Assembly: GCA_965644295.1 (NCBI GenBank)
Contig: CBFFRP010000142.1
Coordinates: 1 to 29,829 of the forward strand
Length of the DNA: 29,829 nt
Direction: 5' to 3'
DNA from: Paraphysomonas bandaiensis
Taxonomy: Eukaryota; Protista; Chrysophyceae
This document shows positions 25,921 to 29,829 of the stretch, piece after piece. Position 1 is the first letter of the stretch. The number at the start of each line of letters is the position of its first letter. The position numbers and the translations under genes were made by a program. Below the pieces are notes generated by a model. The model was not told the origin of the DNA. It saw only the letters and a list, made by a program, of their open reading frames with translations, and did no database searches.

Positions 25921-26213
25921 GTAGAGCAGCCGCTTGATAAAATATCCCTCTGCAAAGTCGGACTCGCACCTTCGTGGTGTTCTGGGGGATAATTACCGGA
26001 GAGATTCTCTCTGGGAAACTAACGTGAGCCACAAACATAGTCAGCAGATATTCTTCTGCCCACGCATAGCCGAATACAAAGGACACCAATAAGTGTCACT
26101 TTTGTAGACATCTTTGGGCCCTGACGAATAAATAGAGCCCACCGGAAGGGAACCGGGGATATTGGGCCGCCTAATGAAGTCAAGCAACTTCCGTAGCGTT
26201 AAATAGTAGGATA
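25921..26213 (+). repeat. Dispersed structured repeat, copy B (most complete); 5' ~110 nt fold as a candidate HDV-like ribozyme
   Basis: Homology to copies A and C is visible. Ribozyme elements occur in order: P2 CTCGC, P3 ACC, L3 TTCGT, GGT, GTTCT, GG, P4 hairpin CCGGAGAG/CTCTCTGG, CTAA, P2' GTGAG. The repeat is certain; the ribozyme is an inference. Confidence 0.8.
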
Positions 26214-26453
26214 AAAAAAGTGTGTACTGATTAGTTACAGGTAGAGGTTTAACTATAGTTTGTCTAGCATTCATCTAGCTACTAAGTTGGTGCAGGTTTT
26301 TAACGCCTATTGCTAAAAATAAAAGACTTTTAATATGATAAAATATAAAAAGCCAACGTGGTACCATAGTGTGTGCAATGTACAATGCATACGCATATCA
26401 CTATACAAAATGGTTGCAAGGTTTTTGTCAACAGGGCTAGGCTATGGAAATAG

Positions 26454-27384
26454 AACGGCTGCGTAACAATTTATTGGCACAGTTTGTAGTTTATAGTTAG
26501 TTATAATTGTAATTATTATCTGCCGTCTCAATTAATTGATACTATACACTACTTTCGTATAAAACTATACTGAGGCGTGATTCATGCATGAAAAGTAGTA
26601 GCTCTTGAATATTAGCCATAACATTCTCACTGATGAGCTCTACTGAGAATAAACTTGCACGTGCTTCATACTGTGGAATCAAGCGTGCTGGTTAAAACGT
26701 GCTCGCTTCCGCTTCCGTTGTTGTAATCAATAAAATTCTGTGTTTTGTTGACATTCTGAACTGGACCCACTTTCATCATCATCTTCCTCATTGAGCAAAA
26801 ACATTTTTTTTTATCATTATTTTTTGTTTAAATAAATTATTCAATTTAGCATTATTTTCACGACTGCCTTTTTTCGAAAGCAACGCTATAAGAAAGTTAC
26901 ATTGTCCACCAGCAGATGACGCACGACACTAGTAGAGTGTCTTGTGATGGGTTTTAACGCCGTGTACATCAAAAGCTGATATTCAAATTCGCTCTGTAAC
27001 TCTATTGACACACATGATTGAGACAATTTATTGTCGTTCCGTAATTGCACAACTAGACATGATATTATTTCACTTGGAATTAGACCAAACCCACAACAAC
27101 ATGTTGATCACAAGTATCTTTCTTACGAATTCTTTCAACAAAGTTGGACTCACACCTTTTCGTGGTGTTCTGGGGGATAAGTACATACATAGTCAGCAGA
27201 TATTGTTCTGCTCAATCATAGCCGAATGCTTGTGTGTTACACAAGGGACACTAATAAGTATCACTTGTGTAGACGTCTTTGGGCCTTGATGAATTCAAGC
27301 ATCCGGGACAGGGCCCACCTTAAGGGTAACCGGGGATATTGGGCCGCCTAATGAAGTCAATTTATATTATATAACGCAGCCCTG
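26454..27384 (-). mobile_element. Non-autonomous hAT element (931 bp) with 8-bp target-site duplication GGAAATAG
   Basis: The TSD lies at 26446-26453 and 27385-27392. The ends are AACGGCTGCGTAAC and ATAACGCAGCCCTG (10/14 inverted match). The minus strand holds decayed transposase-tail motifs (RKRKRAR..SMKHV, LFSV, ELLLFM) that parallel the remnant at 2483. Confidence 0.8.
27139..27360 (+). repeat. Dispersed structured repeat, copy C (P4/CTAAC segment deleted), inside the hAT element
   Basis: GGACTCACACCTTTTCGTGGTGTTCTGGGGGATAA...GGGGATATTGGGCCGCCTAATGAAGTCAA matches copy B. Confidence 0.9.
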
Positions 27385-28169
27385 GGAAATAGTGATCACT
27401 ACTATTAATTAATTGCAACGATAGCATTGACCAAAGGACGATAACAATACAGTATATTATACTATATATATTGCCAGAAAAAACGTAATAATAATACTAT
27501 TCTAAAGGCCAATAATAATTAATAAATATGTTGCAATATATATTTCTCAATACAATGCGAGGTCAAATTTGCTAAAATAATATTATATATATTGTAGCAA
27601 GCAAAAATAAATAATTGCAATATATTGCAATCCAATACATTTTCACTTTATTTGACCTTGACAATGACTGGGAGTGACAAAAGCTATAAAAATTAAGTTG
27701 ATTGAGCGTTTATTCGTTACAAACTTGACACAAGATACAAGATTTTTAAGTTAAATTGTCAGCGGCGTTTTACATCAATAAATTGTGTACTTCTGTAATT
27801 CTAGAAACTAATAATCCACAATAATTGTGTAATTATTGTATTTAGAGATTATATTGTTGAACAACTCACATCATATTCATACATCCTCTGATTACTTAAT
27901 ATGATCTGTCATCTATTCTACTATGAGATTTACAGGTATAGAATTGTACAAAATTAACTCCCTTCTATTACTCAATACATAGGTTATCATACAGTTGAAC
28001 TCAACAATATTTCTTACTATATTACACTCGAAATAATAGCGACAAACAGTCCAGTCTGAATTTAGGCTATCAACAGTGCCAAGAATTAGGCTACATTGTG
28101 CGCAGAGACTCAAAACGTCATCACTTAGCATTCCACACAAAAAAGTATATATAACGAACGCATTGTCAC

Positions 28170-29553
28170 CTACGACGATTTTCTACGCTGAAGTTCTTTA
28201 CAGATCCACTCAGAATGCATAGCATTCGTGATATTCCACCTGACATCTCGGTCTTGGATGAGCATATTTTTCCACACATAATTAGCAGCTTCATCCCTCT
28301 GGTTATAGTCACATTCTGAAGTAGCACTATCTATATCACTCGAGTTGAATGCAAGAATGCTCTGAATTATGTCCACGTGGCTCCTTCCAACTAAAGGAAA
28401 CACGAGCTTGCCATAAAGAAAGCAGTGCAGCACCATCCCTACAGCCCACGCATCTGCGTCAAAAGCGGAATACTCCTTCGGATCCGGCCCCAGCATTACA
28501 TCATCATCAGCAGTGGGATCCAACAGCGCCTCAGGGGGCCAAAATGCAAGAGTACCGACGGTATTAGACACTAGACCTCTAGGATTCGACTGCAGGTCCA
28601 GTTGCACAGCACATCCAAAGTCAGATATACGAAGAGAGCCCGATTCGTGCACCAGAAGGTTGTCGGGCTTCAGATCGCGGTGGCATATACCTTTCGAGTG
28701 TAAAAAACTCACACCCTAAAGTACATGTATGACAAGACTTCAATGTCACAGCCCAGACGCCATACCTCTAACAAATCACAAAACAACGACGCGCATTCCT
28801 CATTTGTCATAGGTCTGGGGAATTCTAGGTCCGACGCTTCCAAAACTATACCCTAGGTTAAAACCAGGAAGCATACTATATACTTCAAACATACCAGTAT
28901 CACCGAAAACCTTTCCTTGACCCTTCAATATTGCAGCAGAAAATGCAGAGTATTGATAGACCCCACGAGACGGCACGTAGTTCATAACGGCACCTCCAGC
29001 CATATATTCCGTAACTAGCACAACACTATCTTCATCAGAATCATCTATCACCTGTTGAACAAGTTTACATGCAACAACTAGCCCAGTCCTTCACGACCAA
29101 CCTCAAACAATATAGATACATTTCTATGAAAGAGCCTTCGCATCAGATTTATTTCATTGTTGAGCTTGTCAATTCCTGTAATTCGGCATGGGAACCCAGT
29201 ATCATCGAGAACTGTATCAACACACTTCCTCAACTTTTTTTTACTGAGAAACTTGAAGAATATCATCATGTATGCTCCAACAGACAGATGTATACGTATA
29301 TTACCTTCAAGGCAAATATTCGAAACGGCTCTGGGCCTACTTCGCGCTGACACTTCTTAACAATACCGAAACTCCCTGTCGCAAACACACCCTGTCAGCG
29401 AGAGACACGTACACGATACACAGCGGTACCTTTGCCCAGCTCCCCTATGACCCTGTAGTCGTTTACCATATCCTCCTTCCAAACCAAAGTATTCGTCTCC
29501 ATAATATTCCACTCATCATCAGATGAACACTCAACTGAAGACTCCCCACTCAT
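28170..29553 (-). CDS. CAMKK/SAK1-family Ser/Thr protein kinase, multi-exon
   Basis: The spliced product has VNDYRVIGELGKGSFGIV, ALKFLSKKKL, EINLMRRLFHRNV, EVIDDSDEDSVVLVTEYM, HRDLKPDNLL, DFG and NTVGTLAFWPPE. LSKKKL and EVIDD are typical of the CAMKK family. The start is taken as ATG 29553 (MSGESSVEC...). Confidence 0.85.
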
Positions 29554-29628
29554 ATCCACCCCAGCGACTCAAAACAGAACTGGATGTACAATACACAACC
29601 GTAACCTGCACATGCACCAGGAGTGCAG

Positions 29629-29731
29629 ATGTATGTATGTATGTATGTATGTATGTATGTATGTATGTATGTATGTATGTATGTATGTATGTATGTATGT
29701 ATGTATGTATGTATGTATGTATGTATGTATG

Positions 29732-29762
<31 letters not shown>

Positions 29763-29829
29763 GTATGTATGTATGTATGTATGTATGTATGTATGTATGT
29801 ATGTATGTATGTATGTATGTATGTATGTA
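29629..29829. repeat. (TATG)n microsatellite running off the window end
   Basis: Directly visible. Confidence 0.99.

Noticed and set aside
26121-26160. Hammerhead ribozyme core (CTGACGA) in the dispersed repeat
   Set aside because: There is no stem II followed by GAAA, and the motif is altered in copies A and C.

Overview
This is eukaryotic nuclear DNA with compact genes and many ~45-65 nt spliceosomal introns. A flagellated protist, probably a stramenopile, is my inference. The ORF track fragments the real genes, so I rebuilt them across GT/GC-AG introns. Six genes are supported: RPS9 (+); a giant ~18-exon coiled-coil protein carrying 4 EF-hand pairs generated by a near-perfect 783-bp exon+intron tandem amplification (-); NDUFV1 (+); an OFD1-like LisH/coiled-coil protein with a long ER/K repeat (-); a multi-pass membrane protein with a GC-AG intron (+); and a CAMKK-like kinase (-). 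Intergenic DNA holds decayed hAT and Copia remnants, a MITE-like foldback, a 931-bp non-autonomous hAT element with an 8-bp TSD, and long (TATG)n/(TAGG)n arrays. It also holds a three-copy dispersed ~220-330 bp repeat whose 5' part can be folded as an HDV-like (R2-type) self-cleaving ribozyme. That repeat is the most intriguing element, but every copy in this window looks damaged. All assignments come from reading the sequence by eye; no searches were run.
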